52,010 nucleotides of DNA from Acidobacteriota bacterium. Lineage in GTDB: Bacteria > Acidobacteriota > Vicinamibacteria > Vicinamibacterales > CAVVIG01. The DNA is taken from positions 1 to 52,010 of the forward strand of contig JBKPDW010000561.1 of assembly GCA_046728115.1 (NCBI GenBank), in the 5' to 3' direction. Within the stretch, counting starts at the first letter, position 1; every line of letters starts with the position of its first letter. The position numbers were made by a program, and so were the translations under genes. The notes under the pieces are model-generated. The model worked only from the letters and a program-made list of their open reading frames with translations. It ran no database searches and was not told where the DNA came from. Below are positions 1-10,625 of the stretch, in pieces.

Positions 1-4
1 CCTT

Positions 5-42
5 GAGGCCCTCGTCGTGAACGCGGCGAGAGCCTCTTTTTT
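5..42 (+). terminator. Intrinsic terminator of an upstream (off-window) transcript
   Basis: GAGGC-C-CTCGTCGT/GAAC/GCGGCGAG-A-GCCTC stem followed by TTTTTT. Confidence 0.65.
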
Positions 43-126
43 CGGTACGAAAGTTGCTCGACACCGCTCAGGCAGAGCAGACTTTTTGGCTCCGTCGGAA
101 TATAGTACGATTCCGGATCCGGATAC

Positions 127-870
127 ATGGCGCGCTACTCCCCGCGATACACATCGTCATTCGCTTTCGGTCCGAACCGAATCTCAACAGCAGTCAAGGC
201 GCTCATCATCGCGAATGTGGTGGTGTTCGTTGCGCAGATCTTTTTTCCCGTGGTCACCGAGTACATGGGGCTGCGTCCTGTTTTCGTCGTGCACTCGCTG
301 GGGATCTGGCAGCCCGTCACCTACATGTTCCTCCACGGAGGGGTCTTCCACATCGTCTTCAACATGCTCGCATTGTGGATGTTTGGAACCGAGCTGGAAT
401 ATCGCTGGGGTACACGGTTCTTTCTGAAGTTTTACGCGGTCGCGGGAGTCGGCGCCGGAGTCCTCACGGTGTTGTTGTCCCTGCTGCCGTTTGCACCGAC
501 GCGACAGTTGTATTACGCGAATGTCATCGGGGCATCCGGCGCGATCTACGGTCTGCTCCTCGCGTACGCGCTCTATTTTCCGGATCGGCAGATCTACATG
601 TACTTCCTGTTCCCGATTCCGGTAAAAGTGTTCGTCGCGATCCTCGGCGCGATCGCGTTCCTGTCGTCGCTCGGCGATTCGGGAGGCGTCGCCAGCGCGA
701 CGCACTTGAGCGGTCTCGCGATCGCATACGTCTACCTCAAGAGCGGCCGGATCCATCCGCTGGCGGAAGTGAAGTACCGCTACCTGAAATGGAAGATCAA
801 TCGGGTGCGGAAGAAGTTCGATGTGTACTCGGGCGGCCGCGCGAACGATTACGACAGGCGCGTTCACTGA
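127..870 (+). CDS. Rhomboid family intramembrane serine protease
   Basis: WQPVTYMFLH, HIVFNM, catalytic GASG and downstream His (ATHLSG); multiple TM helices. Confidence 0.93.
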   Translation: MARYSPRYTSSFAFGPNRISTAVKALIIANVVVFVAQIFFPVVTEYMGLRPVFVVHSLGIWQPVTYMFLHGGVFHIVFNMLALWMFGTELEYRWGTRFFLKFYAVAGVGAGVLTVLLSLLPFAPTRQLYYANVIGASGAIYGLLLAYALYFPDRQIYMYFLFPIPVKVFVAILGAIAFLSSLGDSGGVASATHLSGLAIAYVYLKSGRIHPLAEVKYRYLKWKINRVRKKFDVYSGGRANDYDRRVH

Positions 871-948
871 CAACACGTTGTGATCGCGCCGGCGACCCTT
901 CGAGAGCATCAGGGCCGGCGACACCGAGACTGACCGATGATGACGCGG

Positions 949-1386
949 TCAGCGGATGCTCCAGCGAAGCCTCACCCCACCAATCGCCAGCGCGAGCGTG
1001 CTGCCCAGCACCGGCAATCCGTAGCCGTTCGACAGGAAGCTGTACTTGAACAACGTGTTTCCGGCGATGTGAAAATTCAGCGCCATGAAGAAGAGGACGA
1101 ACGCGACGAGCGGCGTCCACAGGCCGACCACGAGCGCCAGACCGCAGCCCATCTCGCCCAGCGGTACGAGACGCGCAAAGATCCAGAGCCCCGGCGTTGC
1201 GATGCGGTGCAGGTACCAGGAACTGATCGAACCTCCCGGAGCGTGCGCCATCCACTCCGCGAAGCGGCCGGCGAGAATCGATGTGTCCGTGAACCAGCGA
1301 ATCTTGCCGAGACCCTCGAACACGAAGAACACGCCGACGAGGATTCTGAGAATTGCGAGACCGGTGCCTTGTCTGTCGAGCGCCAT
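949..1386 (-). CDS. DoxX family membrane protein
   Basis: LRILVGVFFVFEGLGK...GEMGCGLALVVGLWT DoxX pattern; ATG at 1386 just after the peptidase stop. Confidence 0.8.
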   Translation of the reverse strand: MALDRQGTGLAILRILVGVFFVFEGLGKIRWFTDTSILAGRFAEWMAHAPGGSISSWYLHRIATPGLWIFARLVPLGEMGCGLALVVGLWTPLVAFVLFFMALNFHIAGNTLFKYSFLSNGYGLPVLGSTLALAIGGVRLRWSIR

Positions 1387-1387
1387 A

Positions 1388-3535
1388 TCATCCCTTTCCG
1401 CCTTCGAGCGTTCGCCGGGCGCGCTGGAGGGCCCGGATGACGATCTGCGCCTGCTCCGCAGCGCGTGAGTAGTCTCCGGAGTCCACGGCTTCACGTACTC
1501 CTGGAATTGTCTTCACTCCATATCCGGTGTACAAGCCCGGAGCATAGATGACGTGCCGGTACCACGGCCGATCGGGCAGGCCGGCCGGCTCGATGAAGTC
1601 CCGCTCCACCGTCATCAGCCTTCGGTTGATGTCGGCCAGCACTTCCGTCGTTGTCGCGCCGTTGAGCAGCGTGTCGCAACGCGCGCGCATGCCGGCGCCC
1701 GCTTTTGAGAATGCCGTCGCCGCCGCTTTCATTCCGGCGAAGTCGATCCGCTTTGCGCCTTCCGCCGATGCTTTAATCGCCTGCTCTTCGATTTCCCGCA
1801 GGTACTCGAGAATCTGGCGGCCGTACGATTCGTAGTCGAACGGCAGGATCTCCGCATCGGTCAATCGCAGCAGCGCCACACCGGTCACCTGCGCCGCGAG
1901 CACGCTGTTCGTGAAGTGCGGATCGATGAACGTCTTGAACCACGACGGATTGTCGTACGTGGAGTGATACGTGCCGTCGCCGCCACGCCCATTCAGGCCC
2001 ATGTCGAGCGACGTAATGCCGACGTGATCCAGGAACGCCGTGTAATCCGATCCGGATCCGAGCGCGCCGACCGGCGGAGCTTTCAGCGGCAGGCTCTTGG
2101 GCTCCGCCTGCTCCCGAGCGTGTTCGAGCCAGCCGTCGTACAGCGTTTTGTCCGCGTCTGAAGGTCGAATGGACTGCGCAAGCTCGTAGACGAACGGCGT
2201 CAGCGAATGCACGGCGCTGGCGCTGAACGTCCGGCCCCCCGCTCCCGCATCGCGATTCACATAGACAGCCGTCCTGGCCCTGAGCTCGTTCGCGAGATCC
2301 TCCACCCACTCGGTGGACCCGAGCAAGCCCTGCTCCTCGCCGTCCCAACTGACGAAGACCACGGTCCGGCGCGGCCTCCAGCCTTGTTTCATCATGTCGC
2401 CCATCGCTCGGGCGACGCTCATCATCGAGACGTGCCCGCTCACCGAGTCGGATGCGCCGAACGTCCACGCATCGCGGTGCGATCCGACGATGATCCATTC
2501 ATCCGGCGCGATCGATCCGGTGATGCGCCCGACGACGTTGATCAGGCGCCGCGGGCCGTAGTCCATCCGCAGTGTCATGCGAACGCTGATCGGCCCCGGG
2601 CCGACGTGATACGTCAGCGGAAGCGAACCGCGCCAGCCCTCAGGTGCGACTGGACCACCGAGCCGCTTCAGCAGCTCCGTCGCGTCCCGGTACGACATCG
2701 GTTGAACCGGAATGGGCGAGAGCGTGCCGATGCGATCCATCGGCAGACGTTCGACGCCGTCTTTCGACGGGCGATCGGGCGTCGAGGGATCGCCGGGATA
2801 GCGTGGCATGTCCATCACGCTTCCGCGCTGGATCATGCCGTCGCCTCGGAACGGCCCGTTCGGGTACGTGTCGCCCTGGTAGTACCCGTCTTCGTGCGGA
2901 TCGGAATAGATGATGCAGCCGATGGCGCCGTGCTCGGCCGCGACTTTGGGCTTGATGCCACGCCAGCTTCCACCGTACCGCGCGAGGACAATCCGTCCTT
3001 TCACGTCGATGCCGAGCTTCTTCAACGTGTCATAGTCGGAGGGGATACCAAAATTCACGTAGACGATCTCGCCCGTGACGTCACCTGAGGGCGAGTACGC
3101 GTTGTAGGCGGGAAGAATGCCGGGCATTGCGGCCCACTTGTCGCCCGGCAGCGTTTCTTCATCGACCTGCAAGCGCACGGTGTCAGGCGCCACGATGTCG
3201 ATGCGTCGTTCGCCGGGCCATGGAATCAGAACGCTGTATTCGTACTTTGCCACGTCGAATCCAAAGCCCTTCAACTGATCGGCGACGTAATCCGCGAGCT
3301 TGATCTCGTAGGGAGAGCCCGTGTGGTGCGGTTCCGCCGTCATGACGTCGAAGTCGGCCTCGGCGAGTGTTGCGGAGGGCATGGCCTCGAAGGCACGCTC
3401 CCGCGCCACCTGCGCGATGCTTGCCGCCGGCGAGAACCCCCGAACACGTGCGGACGGCGGACTGCTCTGCGCGGTCAGCCACACGGCGCTCAGGACGCCG
3501 CCCGACAGTGTCAGCACCACCTTCAATTGACGCAT
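1388..3535 (-). CDS. M28 family peptidase (glutamate carboxypeptidase II / transferrin-receptor-like, PA domain)
   Basis: Signal peptide; GSHRDAW, GASD, SWDGEEQG, GSGSDY, YHSTYD zinc motifs; C-terminal GLPDRPWYRHVIYAPG dimerisation domain; start chosen at MRQLK with GGAGG upstream. Confidence 0.92.
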   Translation of the reverse strand: MRQLKVVLTLSGGVLSAVWLTAQSSPPSARVRGFSPAASIAQVARERAFEAMPSATLAEADFDVMTAEPHHTGSPYEIKLADYVADQLKGFGFDVAKYEYSVLIPWPGERRIDIVAPDTVRLQVDEETLPGDKWAAMPGILPAYNAYSPSGDVTGEIVYVNFGIPSDYDTLKKLGIDVKGRIVLARYGGSWRGIKPKVAAEHGAIGCIIYSDPHEDGYYQGDTYPNGPFRGDGMIQRGSVMDMPRYPGDPSTPDRPSKDGVERLPMDRIGTLSPIPVQPMSYRDATELLKRLGGPVAPEGWRGSLPLTYHVGPGPISVRMTLRMDYGPRRLINVVGRITGSIAPDEWIIVGSHRDAWTFGASDSVSGHVSMMSVARAMGDMMKQGWRPRRTVVFVSWDGEEQGLLGSTEWVEDLANELRARTAVYVNRDAGAGGRTFSASAVHSLTPFVYELAQSIRPSDADKTLYDGWLEHAREQAEPKSLPLKAPPVGALGSGSDYTAFLDHVGITSLDMGLNGRGGDGTYHSTYDNPSWFKTFIDPHFTNSVLAAQVTGVALLRLTDAEILPFDYESYGRQILEYLREIEEQAIKASAEGAKRIDFAGMKAAATAFSKAGAGMRARCDTLLNGATTTEVLADINRRLMTVERDFIEPAGLPDRPWYRHVIYAPGLYTGYGVKTIPGVREAVDSGDYSRAAEQAQIVIRALQRARRTLEGGKG

Positions 3536-3542
3536 ACACCGA

Positions 3543-3574
3543 ACCTCCGTCCCCGCCGCGACCTCCGTCCCCGC
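3543..3574. repeat. 14-bp direct repeat ACCTCCGTCCCCGC x2 (period 18) containing the minus-strand GGAGG
   Basis: Copies at 3543-3556 and 3561-3574. Confidence 0.7.
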
Positions 3575-3593
3575 GCCGGAGACAGCAGTTGTA

Positions 3594-4565
3594 CTACTCG
3601 TACGCCATCTGTTTGAGCGCGGCAATCCGCGCGGCCATCGGCGGATGCGATGCAAACAGATCCGACCAGAAGCCCTCCTTCACGTTCACGGCGCGACCGA
3701 GCGGATCGGCGATGCACAGATGCGCCGACCCCTGATTAATGGTCCGCGTCGGCTCGGCTGCCGACTCGATCTTCTCGAGCGCCCTCGCCAGCCCGAGCGG
3801 ATTGCGCGTCAGCTCGGCGCCAGAGGCGTCGGCCAGGTACTCGCGCCGTCTCGAGACCATCATGGCCAGCGTCTGCGCGATGAGCGGCGCCAGGATGATG
3901 GCGAGGATCCAGATCGCGAAAAAGAGGATGCCGGCGATGCCGCCTCGATTGCGATCGTCATCCCGGCTCCGCCGGCCGCCGCCCCACATCATGCCGCGCC
4001 TCGCCCAATCGGCCATGAGCGCGATGGCGCCGACGAGCGCTGCGACAATCGTCATCACGCGAATGTCGTAGTTGCGCACGTGACTCAGTTCGTGCGCCAC
4101 GACACCCTGCAGCTCCTCGCGGTTCAGCGTGTCGAGCAAGCCACGCGTGACCGCAATCGACGCGTGGTCGGGACCACGGCCGGTCGCGAACGCATTGGGA
4201 TCGGCATCGGGCACCACGTACACGCGCGGCCTCGGCAGTCCGGCGGCGATCGTCATCTCGTCCACGATGTTTTCAAGTTGGCGCAGTTTGAGCCGGTCGG
4301 TCTCCGGCGCCGCCGACATCACATCGGCGATCGGCTGTGCGCCGGTGGCGAGCAGAACGGCGCGATCGCCGCCGAAGTAGCTGGCAATCGCCGAGATCGA
4401 ACCAGCGCCGAGCGCCAGGATCGAGCCGACGGGCACCGTGCCGCCCGCTCGACCGAGATAGAAGGAGTCGAACCCGAGACCGAGGACGAACAGAAACGCG
4501 ACGAACACGAACATGATCAGCCACGTCTTGCGTCGGTTCGCAGTCTGTTGCTCGTAGAGATTCAT
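3594..4565 (-). CDS. htpX: HtpX-like M48 zinc metalloprotease
   Basis: PNAFATG, HELSH (HEXXH), SRRREYLADA, SHPP motifs; adjacent to lemA. Confidence 0.92.
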   Translation of the reverse strand: MNLYEQQTANRRKTWLIMFVFVAFLFVLGLGFDSFYLGRAGGTVPVGSILALGAGSISAIASYFGGDRAVLLATGAQPIADVMSAAPETDRLKLRQLENIVDEMTIAAGLPRPRVYVVPDADPNAFATGRGPDHASIAVTRGLLDTLNREELQGVVAHELSHVRNYDIRVMTIVAALVGAIALMADWARRGMMWGGGRRSRDDDRNRGGIAGILFFAIWILAIILAPLIAQTLAMMVSRRREYLADASGAELTRNPLGLARALEKIESAAEPTRTINQGSAHLCIADPLGRAVNVKEGFWSDLFASHPPMAARIAALKQMAYE

Positions 4566-4641
4566 GTAGCTTCCGCCGTCGGGTGCGTGATTCTCGTCGA
4601 GCTTTGCCGCGACGGCCCAGCGCTCGCGACAGGCGGCTGGG

Positions 4642-5205
4642 CTAGGTGCGGCGAGAGAGGTCGACCACCGGCACTTCGCGGTCCCCGGCATCAGTAATCT
4701 CGAAGAGCTCCGACGGCTTGAATCCGAGCATGCTCGCGAAGATGTTGGTCGGGAAGACTTGCTGTGATGTGTTGAACTTGGTCGCCATGTCGTTGTAGAA
4801 CTGCCGCGCGAACCCAACCTTGTTTTCGGTGGACGCCAACTCCTCCTGCAGCATCTTCACGTTGTCGTTCGATTTGAGCGTGGGATAGTTCTCGGCAACC
4901 GCGAGCAGACGTCCGAGCGCCTGCGACAACTGCCCCTCCTTTTGAGCGGCGTCGGCCGGTCCCGTTGCCGTCAGCGCCTTGGCGCGTGCCTCCATCACGG
5001 CCGTCAAGGTGTCGCGTTCGAACTCCATCGACCCGCGGACCGCGTTGACGAGATTGGGGATGAGATCGTGGCGGCGTTTCAGCTGAACGTCGATCTGACG
5101 CCATCCGTTCGCCACCTGGTTTCGCAGGCCAACCAGACGGTTGTAGCTCGCGATGGCCCAGATCACCACCAGAATGACGATGGCGAGGAGCATCAAACCG
5201 GCCAT
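4642..5205 (-). CDS. lemA: LemA family protein
   Basis: YNRLV...IDVQLKRRHDLIPNLV, AENYPTLKS, ENKVGFARQFYN. Confidence 0.95.
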   Translation of the reverse strand: MAGLMLLAIVILVVIWAIASYNRLVGLRNQVANGWRQIDVQLKRRHDLIPNLVNAVRGSMEFERDTLTAVMEARAKALTATGPADAAQKEGQLSQALGRLLAVAENYPTLKSNDNVKMLQEELASTENKVGFARQFYNDMATKFNTSQQVFPTNIFASMLGFKPSELFEITDAGDREVPVVDLSRRT

Positions 5206-5217
5206 GTGGCACCTGTA

Positions 5218-5299
5218 ATTGCTGATTGCTGATTTGATTGCTACGTGTCACTTGCTGAAGGGTGACCGCCGATTTTTTGCGAAATCAGCAATCTGCAAT
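5218..5299. repeat. Heptamer tandem / inverted repeat element (ATTGCTG units)
   Basis: ATTGCTGATTGCTGATT (5218-5234) is 16/17 complementary to AATCAGCAATCTGCAAT (5283-5299). Confidence 0.8.
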
Positions 5300-5305
5300 A
5301 TTCGC

Positions 5306-5668
5306 CTACCTGTGAAAATAATCGTCGGTGTGATCGAGCCAGTCCTGCCGAATGGGGCTGAACACATCGAGCTCGAACGTGTCTTCGAGGGCCTCCGCCT
5401 GATGCTCCACCCACGAGGGAATGTGCAGCACTTCGCCCTCCCGCACCGTGATCTCTTCTCCGCCGATGAGAAACTTGAGCGCGCCCTGGAGAATGTACGT
5501 CATCTGCTCGCTTTCGTGTGAGTGCATCGGCACGAGGCAGCCCCGTTTCAAGTAAATCTGTGCAATCATCTCGCGCTCCCCCGTCACGAGCTTCCGGGAG
5601 AGCATTTCGGTCACTTTTTCGAGCGCGATTTCGTCCCATCGATGGAGGCGAACCGTCTGGGTGCTCAT
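5306..5668 (-). CDS. Cupin domain protein
   Basis: PMHSHESEQ and IPSWVEH cupin metal motifs; [10 protein letters not shown] tail. Confidence 0.9.
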   Translation of the reverse strand: MSTQTVRLHRWDEIALEKVTEMLSRKLVTGEREMIAQIYLKRGCLVPMHSHESEQMTYILQGALKFLIGGEEITVREGEVLHIPSWVEHQAEALEDTFELDVFSPIRQDWLDHTDDYFHR

Positions 5669-5697
5669 GGCATCGAAGCATATACCAAGTGTGCGGA

Positions 5698-5706
5698 TGC
5701 TATAAT
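5698..5706 (+). promoter_or_regulatory. Extended -10 promoter (TGC-TATAAT) 9 nt before the E1 start
   Basis: Perfect TATAAT in GC-rich DNA; no SD before ATG 5716. Confidence 0.6.
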
Positions 5707-5715
5707 TCGCACCGG

Positions 5716-7836
5716 ATGAAGGCCGTCCTCAACGGACAGGAGGCGACGCTCTTCAACGGTCTGGATCGCGCCGCTCTTCTCGCCGTCCATCGGACGATGC
5801 TCCTGTCGCGCAGGCTGGACGACAAGGAGATTCAGCTCAAACGTCAGAGCCAGATCTTTTTTCAGATCAGCGGAGCCGGCCACGAAGCCGTGCTCGTAGC
5901 GGCCAGCTTCGTGCTCAAACCGGCGTACGACTGGTTCTTTCCGTACTATCGCGATCGCGCGCTGTGCCTGCGGCTCGGCCTCACGCCGCTCGACATGCTG
6001 CTCGCGGCCGTCGGATCGAAAGACGATCCAAGCTCCGCCGGTCGCCAGATGCCGTCGCATTGGGGCCACACCGCGCTGAACATCGTCTCTGGATCGAGCC
6101 CTACGGGTACGCAGGTGCTCCACGCGGTCGGCGCCGCGGAAGCCGGCGTCATCTACGACCGGGTGCCCGAGATTTCCGATCGCGCGTCGCGCTTCCACGC
6201 CGACGAGATCACCTATGTATCGCTCGGCGACGGGGCGACCAGCGAAGGCGAATTCTGGGAAGCGCTCAATGCGACTTGTCTCAAACGGCTGCCGGTGCTG
6301 TTCCTGGTGGAAGACAACGGCTACGCGATTTCGGTCCCGGTGGAAGTGCAGACGGCGGGCGGCGATATCTCGCGGCTCGTTCGATCGTTCCCCGGCCTCC
6401 AGGTCGATTCGATCGACGGCACCGATTTTTTCGCCAGCCTCGAGGCCATGCGCGCAGCCGCAGCATACGTGCGCGCTCGCAAGGGTCCGGCTTTGGTGCA
6501 CGCGCGCGTGATTCGGCCGTACTCGCACTCCCTGTCCGACGACGAGAAGCTGTACAAGTCGCCAACGGAGCGCGAGGCCGAGGCCAGACACGATCCGATC
6601 ACACGATTCGCCGAATTCCTCGAGCAGAACGGCCTCGCGACCGACGAGGATCTGGCTGCCATGGCCGCCGACGTGGATCGCGAGATCGACGAGGCGGCGA
6701 CGAAGGCACTGGCGGCGCCCAAGCCCGCGAAGAACACGGCCGAAAACTGGCTCTTCTCCCCCGATGTCGATCCCACCTCGTCGGCGTTCGACACGCCGGC
6801 CCATCCGGAAGGCAAGCCGGACACGATGGTGGCCGCGATCAATCGCACCTTGAAGGACGAAATGGCGCGCGAGCCACGGATCGTGGTCTTTGGCGAAGAC
6901 GTGGCGGACGCCAGCAAGCGCGACGCGCTCGCGGTCGTACCGGGCAAGGGCGGCGTCTTCAAGCTGACGCACGGGTTACAGCGGCTCTACGGCGACGAAC
7001 GCGTCTTTAATTCGCCCCTGGCCGAAGCCAGCATCGTGGGGCGTGCCGTCGGCATGGCCGTGCGCAAGCTCAAACCCGTCGTCGAGATCCAGTTTTTCGA
7101 TTACATCTGGCCGGCGATGATGCAGATTCGCGACGAGCTCACGATGATGCGATATCGATCCGGCAACAACTGGTCCTGTCCAGTTGTGATACGCGTTCCG
7201 ATCGGTGGGTACCTGCGGGGCGGCGGGCCGTACCACAGCCAGTCGGGCGAGAGCATCTTCGCACACTGCCCCGGGCTCCGCATCGCGTTTCCGTCGAATG
7301 CGGTCGACGCAGCGGGGCTGCTGCGCACGGCGATCAGGTGCGAAGACCCGGTGCTCTTCCTCGAGCACAAGCACCTCTATCGCCAGACGTACAACAAGGG
7401 CGAATATCCCGGCAAGGATTTCATGATCCCGTTCGGCCGCGCCAGTCTGCGACGCGAGGGCGATCACGTCGTGGTCATCACGTGGGGAGCGCTGGTGCAG
7501 CGATCGCTGCTGGCGGCGCATCAGGCGGAGAAGGACCACATCAGCGCGGCTGTCCTCGATCTGCGGACAATCGTCCCCTACGACTGGAACGCGATCGTGT
7601 CGCAGGTGACCCGTACGAACCGCGTGGTCGTCGCGCACGAGGATCAGGTGATGTGCGGGTTCGGCGCCGAGATCGGGGCGAGGATCGCCGGCGAGCTCTT
7701 CGAACATCTCGACGCGCCGGTGCGGCGGGTCGGCGCCCGAAATGTTCCGGTCGCTTACTGCCCCGACCTGGAGGAAGCCATCCTCCCGCAGGCCTCTGAC
7801 ATTCTGAAAGCCATCAAGGAAACCGCGCGGTATTAG
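5716..7836 (+). CDS. 2-oxoacid (probably branched-chain) dehydrogenase E1, fused alpha/beta subunits
   Basis: GDGATSEG...EDN TPP motif, HSLSDD, beta part [23 protein letters not shown]. Confidence 0.92.
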   Translation: MKAVLNGQEATLFNGLDRAALLAVHRTMLLSRRLDDKEIQLKRQSQIFFQISGAGHEAVLVAASFVLKPAYDWFFPYYRDRALCLRLGLTPLDMLLAAVGSKDDPSSAGRQMPSHWGHTALNIVSGSSPTGTQVLHAVGAAEAGVIYDRVPEISDRASRFHADEITYVSLGDGATSEGEFWEALNATCLKRLPVLFLVEDNGYAISVPVEVQTAGGDISRLVRSFPGLQVDSIDGTDFFASLEAMRAAAAYVRARKGPALVHARVIRPYSHSLSDDEKLYKSPTEREAEARHDPITRFAEFLEQNGLATDEDLAAMAADVDREIDEAATKALAAPKPAKNTAENWLFSPDVDPTSSAFDTPAHPEGKPDTMVAAINRTLKDEMAREPRIVVFGEDVADASKRDALAVVPGKGGVFKLTHGLQRLYGDERVFNSPLAEASIVGRAVGMAVRKLKPVVEIQFFDYIWPAMMQIRDELTMMRYRSGNNWSCPVVIRVPIGGYLRGGGPYHSQSGESIFAHCPGLRIAFPSNAVDAAGLLRTAIRCEDPVLFLEHKHLYRQTYNKGEYPGKDFMIPFGRASLRREGDHVVVITWGALVQRSLLAAHQAEKDHISAAVLDLRTIVPYDWNAIVSQVTRTNRVVVAHEDQVMCGFGAEIGARIAGELFEHLDAPVRRVGARNVPVAYCPDLEEAILPQASDILKAIKETARY

Positions 7837-7856
7837 CCTTCAGGCCGAGCGGGACG

Positions 7857-8903
7857 ATGATGGAATATTCCCGCTTGCGCGCTTCATGGATCGCAGCCAT
7901 CGCGGCGACCGTCGCGCTGCTCGAGGCACGCACACCCGAGATCCTGCAGTCCGTCGGCGCCGTACCAGCCCACGTAGCCGGTCGTTTTCGCGACGCGATC
8001 GGATTTCAGCAATCCGACTCCGGGCAGTACTTCGTCTTCGATCGCCGCGCCCACACCGTGTTCGGCCTCGACGCCGCGCAGAGCAGTGCCTGGGAAATCG
8101 TGCAGATCGGTGCTGAAACGGGACGCATCATCGATCCGACCGCGTTCGCGGTCGCCCCCAACGGCAGCTTCGTGGTGGCCGACGCACCGAACGGTCGCGA
8201 GCGCATTCAGATCTTTACGCCGGCCGGATTTCGCATCGGCGGCTTCCTCCTGCCGGGACGTCTCAAGATGCGCGTCGTGCTGGACCACATGGTGATGAAC
8301 GGCATCGGATCGCTGCAGTACTCCGGAACGTCGCTGCTCATGTCGCAGCCTGAAGCGGGCGCGCTGTTCGCTGAATTCGGTGTGGATGGCAGCATCCGTC
8401 AACTCATAGGCACGCTCAGACGCACGAACCACGAGGACGATCGCGAACTGCACCTCGCACTGAACAGCGGCGTCCCGCTCGTCGATCCGACCGGCGGGTT
8501 CTTTTTCGTCTTTCAGACTGGCGAACCCGCATTTCGCAAGTACGACCGTGGGGGCCAACTCGTGTTCGAGCGCCACATCGAGGGGCGTGAAATCGATTCC
8601 CTGGTCGCGAATCTGCCGACGACGTGGCAAAAGCGGCGCACCGAGGAGGGCGAATTGCCGCTCGTCACGCCAACGGTCCGTGCTGCCGCTGTCGATCGCG
8701 AGGGCAACCTGTGGATCTCGTTCGTCGTGCCCTACACCTACGTTTACGATCGCGACGGCGACAAGATCCGCACTCTCCAATTCCGCGCCGCCGGCCTCGT
8801 CTCGCCCAGGAGCCTCTTCTTCGGTCGCGACGACCGGTTGCTCGTCACACCGGGACTCTATGTCTTCGAATCAAGAACGGGACAGGCGGGAGGCGGCCGA
8901 TGA
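7857..8903 (+). CDS. Exported beta-propeller (NHL-like) hypothetical protein
   Basis: Signal-like N-terminus; repeated blades such as PTAFAVAPNGSFVVAD and AAAVDREGNLWIS. Confidence 0.6.
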   Translation: MMEYSRLRASWIAAIAATVALLEARTPEILQSVGAVPAHVAGRFRDAIGFQQSDSGQYFVFDRRAHTVFGLDAAQSSAWEIVQIGAETGRIIDPTAFAVAPNGSFVVADAPNGRERIQIFTPAGFRIGGFLLPGRLKMRVVLDHMVMNGIGSLQYSGTSLLMSQPEAGALFAEFGVDGSIRQLIGTLRRTNHEDDRELHLALNSGVPLVDPTGGFFFVFQTGEPAFRKYDRGGQLVFERHIEGREIDSLVANLPTTWQKRRTEEGELPLVTPTVRAAAVDREGNLWISFVVPYTYVYDRDGDKIRTLQFRAAGLVSPRSLFFGRDDRLLVTPGLYVFESRTGQAGGGR

Positions 8904-9805
8904 TTTCCGCCTCCCACCTGACCCGCCGGTTCGGCTCCCGCGTCGCGGTCAATGACGTTTCGATTGAAGTCAACCGGTCGGAGATCGTGGCGCTTCTGGG
9001 CCCCAACGGCGCCGGGAAAACGACGACGCTTCGCATGCTCGCGGGGTTGATCGCGCCAACGGGCGGAACGATCGCGATTGGCGGCGTCCGCATGACGAAG
9101 GCGATCGGCGGTGCGCTTCGTGGGCGAATTGGCTTCCTTCCCGAAACGCCAGGCCTCTGGGATCGCTTGACGGTGCGGGAGAACCTCGCTGTTTATGCCG
9201 GTCTGTACGGCCTCGCCGATGCCGCTCGTATCGTCGACCGCGTCCTGGAGACGTTCGAATTGACCGATCGGGCCGCGACGCGCGCGGCCGAGCTGTCGAA
9301 AGGGATGCGGCAGAAGGTCGCGCTCGCACGGGCGCTCATCCACGATCCCGACATACTGCTGCTCGATGAACCGACCTCGGGGCTGGATCCGGAGATCACG
9401 CGAAGTTTTCGGCAGCTGCTCGTCGACCGTAGAAGCGCCGGCTGCGCCATTCTCGTCTCGACGCACAACCTGGACGAGGCCGAGCGCATCGCGGATCGCG
9501 TCGCGGTGCTGCAGGAGCGACTGGTTGCCGTCGGGACGCCGACGGCCTTGCGTCAGCGGCTGACGACCGGTCGTGTGCTCATCAGAATCGCGGGCACGCC
9601 CTTGTCGTATCTCGACGTCGCTCGGCGTTTCGATCCGCGGGCGTTTGTGGAAGGCGAGATGCTGATCGTGAACGCTGCGCACGGGCAGGAGCAGACGCCC
9701 GGGCTGGTCGCGGCTCTGGTGAGCGCTCGCGCGCGCATCCTGGAGGTGCGCCCGGAAATGCCGGCGCTCGAAGACGTGTACCTGCACCTGGTGGGCGACG
9801 CATGA
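8900..9805 (+). CDS. ABC transporter ATP-binding protein
   Basis: Walker A GPNGAGKT, LSKGM signature, LLLDEP Walker B, H-loop; ATGA overlap with upstream gene. Confidence 0.93.
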   Translation: MISASHLTRRFGSRVAVNDVSIEVNRSEIVALLGPNGAGKTTTLRMLAGLIAPTGGTIAIGGVRMTKAIGGALRGRIGFLPETPGLWDRLTVRENLAVYAGLYGLADAARIVDRVLETFELTDRAATRAAELSKGMRQKVALARALIHDPDILLLDEPTSGLDPEITRSFRQLLVDRRSAGCAILVSTHNLDEAERIADRVAVLQERLVAVGTPTALRQRLTTGRVLIRIAGTPLSYLDVARRFDPRAFVEGEMLIVNAAHGQEQTPGLVAALVSARARILEVRPEMPALEDVYLHLVGDA

Positions 9806-10596
9806 CGCGGATCCGCGCGTTGATCGCAAAGGAATTCGCGGACCTCCGCCGAAACCCCGCGGCGCTCGTGCCGGTGATAGTGATCACGGCGATCGCCCTC
9901 GTGTTGCCGTTCGCGTTCACGGTCGGTGTACCGCTCCTCCTCGGCCAGCCGCTGTCCGATGACCCGAGCATGGAACAGGTCAGCGCCATCACCGGGCCCG
10001 ATCGAGCCCTGAATGTCGAAGCGCGCGTCCAGTTCTTCCTCTTTCAACAGTTCCTGCTGGTCTTCCTCCTGACGCCGATCACCGGCGCGATGTCGCTCGC
10101 GGCACATGCGATCATCGGCGAGAAGCAGGCGCGAACGCTCGAGCCGCTGCTCGCCACTCCGCTGTCCACGTCTGAGCTGCTTGTCGCCAAGATCGTAGGC
10201 GCGCTGGCGCCCACGCTGGCAATTTCGTTCGTCGGCCTCGCGCTCTATTTCGTCGGCATCGCAATGCTGAGCGAGCCAGGCGTGTTGCAGGCGATGCTCG
10301 CGCTTCGGACGGTGGCGCTGATCTTCCTTGTCGGCCCCGCGGTGGCGCTGGTGGCTCTCCAGGCTGCGCTTGTGATCTCCTCCCGCGTCAACGACGCTCG
10401 GACGGCGCAGCAATTCGGCGTACTGATCATCATTCCGCTCACGGCAGTGGTCGTCGCGCAATTCGCCGGGATGATGTGGTTGTCGGCAAGATGGCTCGCG
10501 GTAATCGGTCTTGCACTGCTCGGCCTATGGCTCGCGCTCACGCTCCTCAGCGTGTTGTTGTTCGATCGGGAATCGATTCTGACGCGCTGGAAATAG
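9802..10596 (+). CDS. ABC-2 type exporter permease
   Basis: About 6 TM helices; GEKQARTLEPLLATP motif; coupled to ATPase. Confidence 0.88.
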   Translation: MTRIRALIAKEFADLRRNPAALVPVIVITAIALVLPFAFTVGVPLLLGQPLSDDPSMEQVSAITGPDRALNVEARVQFFLFQQFLLVFLLTPITGAMSLAAHAIIGEKQARTLEPLLATPLSTSELLVAKIVGALAPTLAISFVGLALYFVGIAMLSEPGVLQAMLALRTVALIFLVGPAVALVALQAALVISSRVNDARTAQQFGVLIIIPLTAVVVAQFAGMMWLSARWLAVIGLALLGLWLALTLLSVLLFDRESILTRWK

Positions 10597-10625
10597 CCGG
10601 GTTGGCCAAGTGTTAGAGTACGGCT

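Noticed and set aside
5218-5299. Possible CRISPR array from short repeats here and elsewhere
   Set aside because: Units are 7-9 nt without unique spacers; no cas genes
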